DNA of 36,171 bases, taken from an uncultured Azospirillaceae bacterium (lineage in GTDB: Bacteria > Pseudomonadota > Alphaproteobacteria > RF32 > CAG-239). A program made the translations under genes and the position numbers. The notes under the pieces are model-generated. The model saw only the letters and a program-made list of their open reading frames with translations. It did not search any database and was not told the origin of the DNA. Below, one piece after another: positions 1 to 11,991 of the stretch. The DNA is taken from positions 1 to 36,171 of the forward strand of contig CAYJIO010000001.1 of assembly GCA_964370255.1 (NCBI GenBank), written 5' to 3'. The stretch's first letter is position 1, and every line of letters begins with the position of its first letter.

Positions 1-147
1 ATCATTTTGTTTTTGTTAATCAGCGCTGGCATAAACCTTTTTAATGCAAAAGATAGTAGCATTGTGGTCGAAAGAGTTGAGAGCAAAAAAACAGCTGATA
101 ATAAAGGTGTTATTGATGTTGAATTTGAAATTGTTGATGATAAATAA
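1..147 (+). CDS. 3' end of an unidentified CDS (truncated by window start)
   Basis: Frame 1 is open from base 1 (IILFLLISAGINLF...VEFEIVDDK*) with stop TAA at 145-147. It has one hydrophobic segment and no recognisable motif. Confidence 0.3.
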   Translation: MILFLLISAGINLFNAKDSSIVVERVESKKTADNKGVIDVEFEIVDDK

Positions 148-150
148 AAA

Positions 151-861
151 TTAATATCCATACAATTTTTTTGAGCTTTGTTTTAGCCAGTGTTCTGCTT
201 TGTCATATTCTGGGCAGATTTTATATAATAAGTTATAAAAACCTTCTCCGTGGTTGTGCTCTAATAAGTGGCAAACCTCATGGCAAACAATTGCTTCACA
301 AACATATAATGGTGCTAGGGCTAATCTGAAGTTGTAGTTGATGTTGCCTTTTATTGAGCAGCTGCCCCATCTGGACTTGGTGTCTTTTATGGCAATGCTA
401 CAAAAACTTGCGCCAATTAAGTCAGCCTTTTGTTTGCTTAATTCAAAAAGTTTTTCTTTGGCAAATGATTTTATAAACTTTATTATTCTTGCGTGCAAAA
501 AGCGCTCATCTGTCGGGGCGTATAAAAAAGCTCCGTCAATTTTGCAATTTGAACGACAAGTAGAAGAGGGGGTTATTATATATTCAACTCCTAATAATGA
601 TATTGCCTCGCCAAATTTAAGCTCTTTTTGCTTGGGAATTGCGCTTAATTTATTCTCTATCCAAACCTTGTGGTCTTCAACAAATTTTATGGCTTGCTTT
701 TTTGAAAAGTTTTTAGGCAATGTTAAAATTGGTAAGCGTTTTTTGACATCTATTTTTAATGACATTCTTTTTGCTAGTTTGCTTTGATTTATTATTATAT
801 CAAGGTTTATAGCATCTTTTAGGCCGTCAATTTTTGATGATGGCAATATAATTCTTATCAT
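151..861 (-). CDS. YgjP-like (DUF45) zinc metallopeptidase-fold protein
   Basis: 236 aa. [11 protein letters not shown] (HExxH plus downstream H) lies near the C-terminus, and RWGSCS is typical of the DUF45/YgjP family. The ATG overlaps the ftsH stop (ATGA at 858-861). Confidence 0.7.
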   Translation of the reverse strand: MIRIILPSSKIDGLKDAINLDIIINQSKLAKRMSLKIDVKKRLPILTLPKNFSKKQAIKFVEDHKVWIENKLSAIPKQKELKFGEAISLLGVEYIITPSSTCRSNCKIDGAFLYAPTDERFLHARIIKFIKSFAKEKLFELSKQKADLIGASFCSIAIKDTKSRWGSCSIKGNINYNFRLALAPLYVCEAIVCHEVCHLLEHNHGEGFYNLLYKICPEYDKAEHWLKQSSKKLYGY

Positions 862-2714
862 AGCTGTGGCACGGATTCTAATGTTTTTTTATCTTCTGAA
901 ACTGGTGCTTCATTGCTGCGGTTTAGTTTTTTTCCTTCTATAACTTCTTTTATTTCATCACCTGATAATGTCTCATATTCAATTAATGCCTGAGCCAAAA
1001 GCTCTAACTCTTTGTCTTTCTTTTTTAATAACTTTGCTGCCTCGTCATATGCATTTGTTACAAATTTTTTGATTTCTGCATCGATTAAGTTTGCGGTTTT
1101 TTCTGATATTAATTTGCTTTGGGTGACACTTTTGCCTAAAAAGACTTCGTTTGAATTTTCTGCATATAAAACTGGGCCTAGCTCATCACTCATTCCCCAT
1201 TCTGTTACCATTGCTCTTGCTAGATTGGTTGCACCTGCTATGTCTGATGAGGCTCCGGAGGTTACTTTGTCGTAGCCAAATTTGATTTCTTCTGCAACAC
1301 GGCCTCCCATCATAATTATCAAGCGAGATAACATTTTGTCTCTTGAATATGAGTATTGGTCTTTTTCTGGCAGTTGTTGCACCATGCCTAAAGCTCTGCC
1401 GCGTGGCACAATTGTTGCCTTGTGAATGGGGTCTGTTGCGGGGACAAATAATGAGCAAATTGCATGCCCTGCCTCATGATATGCGGTTAAGCTTTTTTCT
1501 GCATCATCCATTACCATAGATTTTCTCTCAGAGCCCATAAGCACTTTGTCTTTTGCGTCATCAAAGTCTTGTTGAGTTACTTTGTGTTTGTTTTTGCGTG
1601 CTGCCAAAAGGGCTGCTTCATTAACCAAATTTGCCAAATCTGCACCAGAAAACCCAGGAGTGCCTCTGGCAATGACAGAAAGTTTGACGTCTTTTGCTAA
1701 AGGGACTTTTTTTATGTGGACTTCTAAGATTTCCTCTCTGCCTTTGATGTCTGGATTGACAACAGTTACTTGGCGGTCAAAACGACCAGGGCGCAATAGG
1801 GCCGGGTCTAGAACATCTGGTCTGTTGGTTGCTGCAATTAAGATTACGTTTTGTTTTTCTTCAAAGCCGTCCATTTCTACCAACAGTTGGTTTAAGGTTT
1901 GTTCGCGTTCATCATTGCCACCGCCTAAGCCTGCACCACGGTGGCGACCTACGGCATCAATTTCGTCTATAAACAAAAGGCAAGGCGAGTGTTTTTTTGC
2001 CTCGGCAAACATATCTCTGACACGGCTTGCGCCAACACCAACAAACATCTCAACAAAGTCTGAGCCAGAGATTGAAAAGAAAGGAACGTCTGCCTCGCCA
2101 GCAACTGCTTTGGCAAGAAGGGTTTTGCCTGTTCCTGGAGGGCCTACTAATAACACACCTCTTGGAATTTTGCCACCTAAGCGCTGAAATTTTGCGGGGT
2201 CTTTTAAGAAGTCTACAACTTCTTCTAGCTCTTGTTTTGATTCATCGCAGCCTGCAACGTCTTTGAATGTTACTTTTTTTCTGTTTTCTACTAGCTTGGC
2301 TTTTGATTTGCCAAAGCTCATGGCTTTATTGTTGCCAGAAGAGGCTTGGCGCATAAAATATAACCAAACACCAATTAATAAAAGCATTGGGAACCAAGAA
2401 ATTAAAACGCCCCAAAAAGTGGTTTGAGATGTGATTTCTGGTTTTGCCTCAATTTTAACGCCTGAATTTGCAAGGTTTGAGACCATTGATGGATCATATG
2501 GAGCAAATGTATTAAAGCTTTTGCCATCTGTGTATGAGCCAGAGATGTTTTGCCCCTCAATAATAACGCTTTTGATGTTGTTTTCATTAACACTTTTCAT
2601 AAAGTCTGAAAATGCTATTTGTGTGCTGTCTTTGGTTGCACTTGTTTTGTTTATGGCATTAAATCCTGCTGATAATACGATGAATGCTATTGTCCAAATT
2701 AAAACGTTTTTCAT
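858..2714 (-). CDS. ftsH: ATP-dependent zinc metalloprotease FtsH
   Basis: 618 aa with two N-terminal TM segments. Walker A GPPGTGKT, Walker [10 protein letters not shown], second region of homology, and HEAGH zinc site. Confidence 0.97.
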   Translation of the reverse strand: MKNVLIWTIAFIVLSAGFNAINKTSATKDSTQIAFSDFMKSVNENNIKSVIIEGQNISGSYTDGKSFNTFAPYDPSMVSNLANSGVKIEAKPEITSQTTFWGVLISWFPMLLLIGVWLYFMRQASSGNNKAMSFGKSKAKLVENRKKVTFKDVAGCDESKQELEEVVDFLKDPAKFQRLGGKIPRGVLLVGPPGTGKTLLAKAVAGEADVPFFSISGSDFVEMFVGVGASRVRDMFAEAKKHSPCLLFIDEIDAVGRHRGAGLGGGNDEREQTLNQLLVEMDGFEEKQNVILIAATNRPDVLDPALLRPGRFDRQVTVVNPDIKGREEILEVHIKKVPLAKDVKLSVIARGTPGFSGADLANLVNEAALLAARKNKHKVTQQDFDDAKDKVLMGSERKSMVMDDAEKSLTAYHEAGHAICSLFVPATDPIHKATIVPRGRALGMVQQLPEKDQYSYSRDKMLSRLIIMMGGRVAEEIKFGYDKVTSGASSDIAGATNLARAMVTEWGMSDELGPVLYAENSNEVFLGKSVTQSKLISEKTANLIDAEIKKFVTNAYDEAAKLLKKKDKELELLAQALIEYETLSGDEIKEVIEGKKLNRSNEAPVSEDKKTLESVPQL

Positions 2715-2737
2715 TATATTCTACCTATATGTTATTG

Positions 2738-4003
2738 TTAATTTTGTTCTTTTTCTCTGGTGATGTTTGCACCAACGGCATTTAGTTTTTCTTCTAGTGT
2801 TTCATAACCTCTGTCTAAGTGATAAACACGGTTGACAATGGTTTCTCCTTTGGCAACAAGCCCTGCTAATACTAATGCAAATGATGCTCTTAAGTCTGTT
2901 GCCATAACAGGGGCTCCTGAAAGCTCTTTGACCCCTCTTATGATTGCAGAGGCGTGCCCGTGGACATTGATGTTTGCGCCCATTCTCAGTAGTTCTGGCA
3001 CGTGCATAAAGCGGTTTTCAAAGATTGTTTCTGTTATTAAGCTTGCACCGTTTGCAACGCTCATTAATGCCAGATATTGGGCTTGTAAATCTGTTGGGAA
3101 GCCAGGGTAGCCTTCTGTTATGATGTCTTGTGCTTCTAGGTGAGCTTGAGTTGCATTTATTATAATGCTGTTTTCTTTTTCTTCAACAATAACACCCATA
3201 TTTTTAAGAACTTTTAAGGGGAGGGTTAAGTGTTCTGCTCTTGCATTTATAAGTTCTATTTTGCCTTTGGTAATAGCTGCTGCCACAGCATACGAGCCTG
3301 CCTCAATTCTGTCTTCTATAACTTTGTGAGTTGTGCCATTAAGGCTTTTAACTCCTTCTATTGTGATAATGCTTGTGCCAGCGCCTTCAATTTTGGCACC
3401 CATGGAGATTAACATATTTGCAAGGTCTTCAATTTCTGGCTCTTTTGCGGCATTTATAATTTTTGTTGTGCCCTGAGCAAGTGTTGCTGCCATAATAACG
3501 TTGCAAGTTGCCCCAACGGATGGAAAGTTAAAGTCAATCTCAGCACCTTTTAATTTGCCAGAAGCAATAACGTAGCCGTTTTTAATCTCTACTTTTGCGC
3601 CCATTTGCTCAAAGGCAGAAAGGTGAATGTCCATTGGTCTGGCGCCAATTGCACAGCCGCCAGGAAGAGAGACTTCTGCGTGGCCGAATCGTGCTAGTAA
3701 TGGGCCTAAGACATAATATGAGGCACGCATTTTTCTAACCAAGTCATATGGGGCAGTGTGTGATGTTATGTTGTCTGCTTGATATTGGTATATAGAATCT
3801 TCTATTTTTTCTATTTTTATGCCTAGCTCAGCTAAGAGGTTGTTCATGGCTTTTATGTCTGAGAGTTTTGGCATGTTTGTTAAAGTGAGTTTATCTGCGG
3901 TTAATAGGCATCCGCAGATTAAGGGGAGGGCTGCGTTTTTTGCTCCGCTTATGTTGATTTTTCCGTTTAATTTTGTGCCGCCTTGAATGCGTAGTCTGTC
4001 CAT
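2738..4003 (-). CDS. murA: UDP-N-acetylglucosamine 1-carboxyvinyltransferase
   Basis: 421 aa. N-terminus MDRLRIQGG..ISGAKNAALP, and catalytic loop LPGGCAIGARPMD with the active-site Cys. Confidence 0.95.
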   Translation of the reverse strand: MDRLRIQGGTKLNGKINISGAKNAALPLICGCLLTADKLTLTNMPKLSDIKAMNNLLAELGIKIEKIEDSIYQYQADNITSHTAPYDLVRKMRASYYVLGPLLARFGHAEVSLPGGCAIGARPMDIHLSAFEQMGAKVEIKNGYVIASGKLKGAEIDFNFPSVGATCNVIMAATLAQGTTKIINAAKEPEIEDLANMLISMGAKIEGAGTSIITIEGVKSLNGTTHKVIEDRIEAGSYAVAAAITKGKIELINARAEHLTLPLKVLKNMGVIVEEKENSIIINATQAHLEAQDIITEGYPGFPTDLQAQYLALMSVANGASLITETIFENRFMHVPELLRMGANINVHGHASAIIRGVKELSGAPVMATDLRASFALVLAGLVAKGETIVNRVYHLDRGYETLEEKLNAVGANITREKEQN

Positions 4004-4086
4004 TTTATATTATCCTTATTTTTTTTATTTATTTATAATAGGGATATAGGAGTTTTACAAGGCTTTTTTTGGGGCTTGGGGGTTTT

Positions 4087-7509
<3,423 letters not shown>

Positions 7510-7563
7510 TTGTTAGAGGTTATATAATATATTTATTAAAAATCAATAAAAAAGGAATGTGTT

Positions 7564-8061
7564 ATGTATAAATATTTGGTATTGTTTTTGCTTATCTCTT
7601 TTGGCGCTATGGCAAGGAATGCTGAGATGGTTGCAGAATATGGAAATTGGAAACTTTATTATTATAATGATTATAATGATAAGGTTTGTTATATTCGCTC
7701 AACTCCTGTGTTGGATGAGGGGAAATATAATCAAAGAGGTGATATATATATGACAATTACCTCAAGGCCAAACATTGACAGTTTTGATGTTGTGGGATTT
7801 AATGCTGGCTATGTTTTTGAAAAAGGGGTTGATGCAACAATAAAAGTTGGTTCTAGCACAATAAATAAGTTGTTTGCAAAAGATGATATGCTTTGGGCTG
7901 TTAATTCTGATGCGGATAAAGAAATTGTTGATTTGATGCAAAAAGGGCAAAGAATGATTGTTGAGGGCGCTAATGATGATGGTATAAAAACAGTAGACAC
8001 ATATTCTCTTAATGGTTTTAATGAGGCATATAGAGCAATGAGCGCTAGATGTGAGAGATAG
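7564..8061 (+). CDS. Invasion-associated locus B (IalB)-family periplasmic protein
   Basis: 165 aa. Signal peptide MYKYLVLFLLISFGAMA. The size and Cys pattern (C near the N-terminus, C at the C-terminus) with W..Y core are typical of the IalB family. RBS AAGGA lies upstream. Confidence 0.6.
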   Translation: MYKYLVLFLLISFGAMARNAEMVAEYGNWKLYYYNDYNDKVCYIRSTPVLDEGKYNQRGDIYMTITSRPNIDSFDVVGFNAGYVFEKGVDATIKVGSSTINKLFAKDDMLWAVNSDADKEIVDLMQKGQRMIVEGANDDGIKTVDTYSLNGFNEAYRAMSARCER

Positions 8062-8151
8062 AGCTTTCGTTACTACACAAAGAGAAAAGCCAAATTCAAA
8101 ATATAAAATTCATCACAAAAATGATTTCATTAACCGTGAAAATTTCTAAAT

Positions 8152-8177
8152 AAAACGCCCCGAGGGGCGTTTTTTTT
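8152..8177. terminator. Bidirectional intrinsic terminator shared by the convergent IalB-family and Skp-like genes
   Basis: AAAACGCCC-CGAG-GGGCGTTTTTTTT: a GC stem with A-tract 5' and T-tract 3', so it is usable on both strands. Confidence 0.7.
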
Positions 8178-8562
8178 ATGATTTTATTTTTTTGATAACA
8201 TCTTGGGTGATGTCTGTTGCACCAAATATAACAGTGCCTTTTGCAAAAACATAGTCATATTTTTCTTCTTTTGCAATGTTTGCTACAACTTCTGTTAATT
8301 TTGCGTCTAAGCCTAACATTTTTTGGTGGTGCTCAACATTTATTGCTTGTTGTTTTTGTTGAAACTGTGCTTGACCTTGTTGAGCCATTTTGTTTTTATC
8401 TTCTTGAGTGCTTTGTTTTGCAATTTCTGCATTCATTGCGTTGGTCCAGCTTTGAAGCTCAAGAGCTTTTATGTTTTGTGCTTTTTTTAATTCTATAAAA
8501 TCTGTTGAGTTTGCTAATAATTGTTGAATGTCAACAGATGCGATTTTTGGGTTTTTTGCCAT
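8176..8562 (-). CDS. OmpH/Skp-family chaperone-like protein lacking a signal peptide
   Basis: 128 aa. The pattern IASVDIQQLL...coiled Q/K-rich middle...EKYDYVFAKGTVIFGATDITQDVIKKI matches the OmpH family. RBS AAGGA. An in-frame stop lies 9 codons upstream of the ATG. Confidence 0.65.
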   Translation of the reverse strand: MAKNPKIASVDIQQLLANSTDFIELKKAQNIKALELQSWTNAMNAEIAKQSTQEDKNKMAQQGQAQFQQKQQAINVEHHQKMLGLDAKLTEVVANIAKEEKYDYVFAKGTVIFGATDITQDVIKKIKS

Positions 8563-8594
8563 TTTGTTTGTCCTTATTTTGTTAACCTAAGTTT

Positions 8595-8623
8595 AATATA
8601 GAGATTTATTTTTAAAAAAGCAA
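8595..8623 (-). promoter_or_regulatory. Putative sigma70-type promoter for the Skp-like gene
   Basis: The minus strand reads TTGCTT-17 nt-TATATT. Confidence 0.35.
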
Positions 8624-8650
8624 GTGGTTCTGTGGTTTTTACAAAAATTG

Positions 8651-8679
8651 TTGACAAAAAGGAGATTTTCTTTTATAAA
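8651..8679 (+). promoter_or_regulatory. Near-consensus sigma70-type promoter
   Basis: TTGACA (8651-8656), 17 nt spacer, TATAAA (8674-8679). Confidence 0.55.
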
Positions 8680-8707
8680 GCAGTATAAATTTTATAAATA
8701 TTAAATT

Positions 8708-9046
8708 ATGAAACAGAGATTATTATTTAAAACCTCTCAAGTTGCAGGAATAGAGGTGAAGAGCGTGCGCTTTACATCTTTGAACGATGAAAATAAAGAG
8801 AGAGAGATGAATGAAGATGGCTGGTATAGGTCGTCTACAAGACCAACAAAAATACTAAACCGAAGAAATGAGGTTGTTGGATTTTCGGTTGAGTTTTATA
8901 AGGGAGAGAAGCCAGAAGGTGGTTTTAATCCTTTTGGGATAGGGAGGACTTTGGTGTCTTTTGATAGCGGAAGTGAACAACGCTATAAGACGCATCGGCA
9001 AGAGCGGCAAGATAGAAAGAAGGCTGCATTAAATCCACGCAAGTAA
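8708..9046 (+). CDS. Hypothetical small basic protein (112 aa), or a non-coding RNA; coding status unresolved
   Basis: Uninterrupted ORF between a strong promoter and a strong terminator. There is no SD before ATG 8708. An in-frame GTG at 8765 has SD GAGGTGA at 8753-8759. The stretch is locally purine- and GC-richer than its surroundings, and no family motif was recognised. Confidence 0.35.
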   Translation: MKQRLLFKTSQVAGIEVKSVRFTSLNDENKEREMNEDGWYRSSTRPTKILNRRNEVVGFSVEFYKGEKPEGGFNPFGIGRTLVSFDSGSEQRYKTHRQERQDRKKAALNPRK

Positions 9047-9051
9047 ATTAA

Positions 9052-9088
9052 ACCGCCGTGCTCATATTTGGGCACCGCGGTTTTTTTT
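9052..9088. terminator. Intrinsic terminator (strong on +, usable on -) between ORF 8708-9046 and the XRE-like gene
   Basis: CCGCCGTGC-loop-GCACCGCGG followed by T8. The minus strand reads the same stem followed by TTTAATTT. Confidence 0.75.
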
Positions 9089-9099
9089 GTTGTTTATTT

Positions 9100-9318
9100 T
9101 TATTCAAAGCGTATTTTTATTTTTTTGTTATAAAAGTGGGCTAGTTTTAGCAAAAAATACCAGTCAATGTGTGCTTTTGCGTTCTCTAGTCTTGTTAGCC
9201 ATTTCAATCTTAGGTTTAAGGCTTGCGATAGGTCTTCTAGACTTATATTTTTTTCTTGTCTTAGTGTTTTTAGTTGCACAGCTAAGTCTTGCTTTATTGG
9301 GTTTATGTTTAAGTTCAT
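9100..9318 (-). CDS. Small XRE/Cro-C1-type helix-turn-helix protein
   Basis: 72 aa. LAVQLKTLRQEKNISLEDLSQALNLRLKWLTRLENAK fits the HTH_3 pattern. AGGAG lies 8 nt upstream of the ATG. Confidence 0.6.
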   Translation of the reverse strand: MNLNINPIKQDLAVQLKTLRQEKNISLEDLSQALNLRLKWLTRLENAKAHIDWYFLLKLAHFYNKKIKIRFE

Positions 9319-9375
9319 AGTTTTTGCTCCTATTTGTTGCGGACGCCAAGGGTGTCGTCCTCTACATTAAAATAA

Positions 9376-9398
9376 CCTCCGATAAAAAAAATCGGAGG
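9376..9398 (-). terminator. Intrinsic terminator or attenuator hairpin in the leader of the XRE-like gene
   Basis: The minus strand reads CCUCCGAU-U7-AUCGGAGG followed by UUAUUUU. It lies about 55 nt upstream of the XRE start codon. Confidence 0.5.
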
Positions 9399-9529
9399 TG
9401 GAGCTGAAAAACTGTCAAAACACAGTCGCTCTTCTTCGAGAATAAAATTCCTTATGCCGAGCCCTCCACCAAAACAGTGGATTGTTTTGAAGATGTTTTT
9501 CAGACACCACAGCCAAGCCTTCTTGACTG
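9397..9529 (-). ncRNA. Candidate structured leader or small RNA (minus strand)
   Basis: A 5' hairpin at 9529-9510 is perfect only on the minus-strand RNA, where it uses a G-U wobble; the plus strand has a C-A mismatch. Competing long-range helices exist: 9508-9495 or 9470-9464 pairing with 9412-9397. An upstream TTTACA-16-TATCAT promoter and a downstream terminator flank it. Confidence 0.35.
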
Positions 9530-9537
9530 CAAGATAT

Positions 9538-9565
9538 ATGATAAAGAATTTTTTTAATTTGTAAA
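9538..9565 (-). promoter_or_regulatory. Putative promoter of the minus-strand leader/sRNA and XRE-like gene
   Basis: The minus strand reads TTTACA (9565-9560), 16 nt spacer, TATCAT (9543-9538). Confidence 0.35.
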
Positions 9566-9587
9566 GCAGTATAATTTTGTATAGTTA

Positions 9588-9627
9588 ATATACCAAATAC
9601 GGAATCCGTATTTGGTATATTTTTTTT
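9588..9627 (+). terminator. Very strong plus-strand intrinsic terminator with no obvious upstream plus-strand gene
   Basis: 15 bp perfect stem ATATACCAAATACGG / CCGTATTTGGTATAT with a 3 nt loop, followed by a T-tract. Confidence 0.7.
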
Positions 9628-9653
9628 GTAAGTAAAGTTGGTTAGACATAAAT

Positions 9654-9680
9654 AAAACGAGCAGGGTGCTCGTTTTTTTG
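9654..9680 (-). terminator. lepA intrinsic terminator
   Basis: AAAACGAGCA-GGG-TGCTCGTTTT. On the minus strand the stem is followed by TTTTATTTAT, immediately after the lepA stop. Confidence 0.7.
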
Positions 9681-9685
9681 TTTTT

Positions 9686-11485
9686 TTATGCATCACCGAT
9701 GCGCAATGCCTCAATAAAGGCAGATTGAGGGACTTCAACACGGCCAAATTGACGCATACGCTTTTTACCTTTTTTCTGCTTGTCTAAAAGTTTTCTTTTT
9801 CTGGATGCATCACCACCATAGCATTTTGCGGTCACATCTTTTCTCATTGCAGAGATTGTCTCACGAGCAACGACTTTGCCACCAATGGCAGCCTGAATAG
9901 GTATCTTAAACAAATGTCTTGGGATAAGGTCTTTTAATCTTTCGCAAATTTGGCGGCCTCTTGCTTCTGCTTGGGTTTTGTGGCACAAAAAGGCAAGGGC
10001 GTCAACGGGCTCTTCATTAATAAGAATTTGAACTTTAACAAGATTTGATTCTTCATAACCAATCATTTCATAGTCAAAACTTGCATAGCCAGAGGTAATT
10101 GATTTTAGACGGTCATAAAAGTCAAATACAATCTCATTAAGTGGAATGCGATATACAACCATGGCGCGAGTGCCAACATATGTCAACTCTTCTTGCACGC
10201 CGCGGCGGTCATTGCAAAGTTTTAAGACGTTGCCCAAAAACTCATCTGGCACTAGAATCGTCGCTTTTACCATTGGCTCTTCAATTGATTTTATTTGAGT
10301 TGGCTCTGGCATATCGGCTGGATTGTGTAGGTTAATAGATTCTCCATTGTTCATATTTAGTGTATATGCAACAGATGGAGCTGTTGTAATTAAGTCTAAG
10401 TCAAACTCTCGCTCAAGGCGTTCTTGAATAATCTCCATATGCAAGAGCCCTAAGAATCCGCATCTGAAGCCAAGGCCTAATGCGGCTGAGTTTTCATTGA
10501 TATATTCAATGCTGGCGTCATTAAGTTTTAATTTGCCAAGAGCGTCTTTTAATAATTCATATTGAGAGCTGTCAACCGGAAACATTGAGCAAAACACAAC
10601 AGGAACAGAAGGCTTAAAGCCAGCAAGAGGGGTGTCACATGGTTTTTTTGTTTCTGTTATGGTGTCACCAATGTTTGTGTCAGATACAGACTTTATGCTT
10701 GCGGTTATAAAGCCCATCTCCCCTGGGTAGAGGGCTTCTACGTCTTGCATCTTTGGTGAGAATATGCCGACTCTGTCAACCAAATATTGCGTGTTGTTTG
10801 ACATCATGGTAATTTGAGTTTTCTTTTTTAAGACACCGTCTTTGATGCGAACTAAAATAATAACTCCCAAATATGCGTCATACCAGCTGTCAATTAAAAG
10901 TGCTTTTAATGGGGCATTTGCATCTCCTGTTGGGGCAGGGAGTTTTTTTGTGATTTCTTCTAACAAGTCTTGAACACCGATGCCAGATTTTCCGCTTGTT
11001 TCAACAGCCTCTGATGTGTCTAAGCCAATAACGTCTTCTATTTGCGCTTTTACTTTTTCAACATCTGATGATGGCAAATCAACTTTGTTTAATACAGGAA
11101 TAATCTCGTGATTGTTATCTATTGCCAAATATACGTTTGCCAAGGTTTGTGCCTCAACCCCTTGGGTTGAATCGACAACCAAGATAGAGCCCTCACAAGA
11201 GGCTAAAGAACGAGATACTTCATAAGAAAAGTCTACGTGCCCTGGGGTGTCCATCAAATTTAGTTGATATGTTTTGCCATCTTTGGCTTTATAATTAAGG
11301 CGGACAGTTTGGGCTTTTATAGTAATGCCGCGTTCTTTTTCAATATCCATACTATCAAGAACTTGTTCTGTCATTTCTCTTTTTTCAAGCCCGCCACAAA
11401 ACTCAATCATTCTGTCTGCAAGTGTTGACTTTCCGTGGTCTATGTGTGCGATTATCGCAAAATTTCTGATTAAATCTAAACTCAT
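9686..11485 (-). CDS. lepA: Elongation factor 4 (LepA)
   Basis: G-domain motifs [17 protein letters not shown] and NKVDL, plus the LepA C-terminal domain. Start trimmed to the ATG at 11485 (MSLDLIRNF), which has AAGGA upstream. The ORF-track start at 11503 is TTG. Confidence 0.95.
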   Translation of the reverse strand: MSLDLIRNFAIIAHIDHGKSTLADRMIEFCGGLEKREMTEQVLDSMDIEKERGITIKAQTVRLNYKAKDGKTYQLNLMDTPGHVDFSYEVSRSLASCEGSILVVDSTQGVEAQTLANVYLAIDNNHEIIPVLNKVDLPSSDVEKVKAQIEDVIGLDTSEAVETSGKSGIGVQDLLEEITKKLPAPTGDANAPLKALLIDSWYDAYLGVIILVRIKDGVLKKKTQITMMSNNTQYLVDRVGIFSPKMQDVEALYPGEMGFITASIKSVSDTNIGDTITETKKPCDTPLAGFKPSVPVVFCSMFPVDSSQYELLKDALGKLKLNDASIEYINENSAALGLGFRCGFLGLLHMEIIQERLEREFDLDLITTAPSVAYTLNMNNGESINLHNPADMPEPTQIKSIEEPMVKATILVPDEFLGNVLKLCNDRRGVQEELTYVGTRAMVVYRIPLNEIVFDFYDRLKSITSGYASFDYEMIGYEESNLVKVQILINEEPVDALAFLCHKTQAEARGRQICERLKDLIPRHLFKIPIQAAIGGKVVARETISAMRKDVTAKCYGGDASRKRKLLDKQKKGKKRMRQFGRVEVPQSAFIEALRIGDA

Positions 11486-11553
11486 GTTATTTTTTCCTTG
11501 CAAGTTTTATAATAATATTTATTATTAGAGTCAACATTATTCGGAGATTAAAT

Positions 11554-11991
11554 ATGAAGAAAGTTATAGACATTGATTTTGGCTCTAGTCGTTATGAAGA
11601 GCTTGTTAGCTTGCGATATAAGGTATTAATGCAGCCTTTGGGTTTGAAGTTTTTGGACTATCACAGAGAGCTTGAGGCAAATTATTTGCACATTGGTTGT
11701 ATTGAAGAGCTTGATGATGCGCTTGTTGGCGGCGTGATGCTTGCTCCGATTGATAATGAAACTATTAGAATGCTCCAAGTTGCGGTTGATAGCAAATATC
11801 AAGGAGAGGGCGTTGGTAAAAAACTTGTTGATTATGCAATAAAAAGAGCTAAGAAAACAGGGTATAAACAAATGTATATGAATGCAATGTTATCTGTTGT
11901 TGATTATTATGAAAAAATGGGCTTTGAAAAAGTTGGCGATGTCTTTGAAGATAAGGGCATTACGTTTTTGAAGATGAGCATTAATTTATGA
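11554..11991 (+). CDS. GNAT-family N-acetyltransferase
   Basis: 145 aa. The acetyl-CoA motif region QVAVDSKYQGEGVGKKLVDYAIKRAK fits the Q/RxxGxG/A pattern. GGAG RBS. Confidence 0.8.
   Translation: MKKVIDIDFGSSRYEELVSLRYKVLMQPLGLKFLDYHRELEANYLHIGCIEELDDALVGGVMLAPIDNETIRMLQVAVDSKYQGEGVGKKLVDYAIKRAKKTGYKQMYMNAMLSVVDYYEKMGFEKVGDVFEDKGITFLKMSINL

Noticed and set aside
1012-2266. Plus-strand ORFs of 79-201 aa inside ftsH, and similar antisense or off-frame ORFs inside murA, ppx, ccrM, cca, lepA, metG, recJ, galE and others
   Set aside because: These are shadow ORFs on the opposite strand, or in alternative frames, of genes with unambiguous conserved motifs. They lack RBSs and have low-complexity translations.
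8690-9050. RNase P RNA or tmRNA, based on size (~390 nt) and short look-alikes (AGAUGAAUGA at 8805, GAAGAGCGUGCGC at 8758, LNDEN-coding stretch at 8780)
   Set aside because: The universally conserved GAGGAAAGUCC (CR-I) and ACAGAAxxCGGCUUA-type P4 strands are absent, and the look-alike motifs are in the wrong order and spacing. There is no CCA-ending acceptor and no GGGG 5' end. The ANDEN-like frame runs on for 90 more codons without a stop.
9456-9474. tmRNA/tRNA-like 3' end (GCCGAGCCCTCCACCA) suggesting a two-piece alphaproteobacterial ssrA
   Set aside because: No T-arm (GTTCRANNC-type loop with a paired stem) precedes it. The only 5' partner (GGAGGTG) would give A3-U70 rather than the G3-U70 alanine identity pair. 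No tag reading frame ending in hydrophobic residues plus a stop is nearby. The wobble-pair evidence favours transcription of the opposite strand.
8676-9574. 13 nt direct repeat TAAAGCAGTATAA (8676-8688 and 9562-9574) as att-like ends flanking the ORF112/XRE module
   Set aside because: A 13-mer match in 36 kb of AT-rich sequence is within chance expectation. Both copies lie in promoter-like AT-rich DNA, and no recombinase is present.
9415-9747. 110 aa minus-strand ORF from the track
   Set aside because: It overlaps the 3' end of lepA in another frame and runs across the lepA terminator, the 15 bp hairpin terminator and the promoter/leader region. It has no RBS and an implausible composition, so it is spurious.
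11486-11553. Replication origin, suggested by the switch from minus-strand to plus-strand genes
   Set aside because: The intergenic region is only about 68 bp, has no DnaA-box-like TTATCCACA repeats or AT-rich unwinding repeats, and is simply a divergent promoter region. Later strand switches in the window show that gene orientation is not monotonic.
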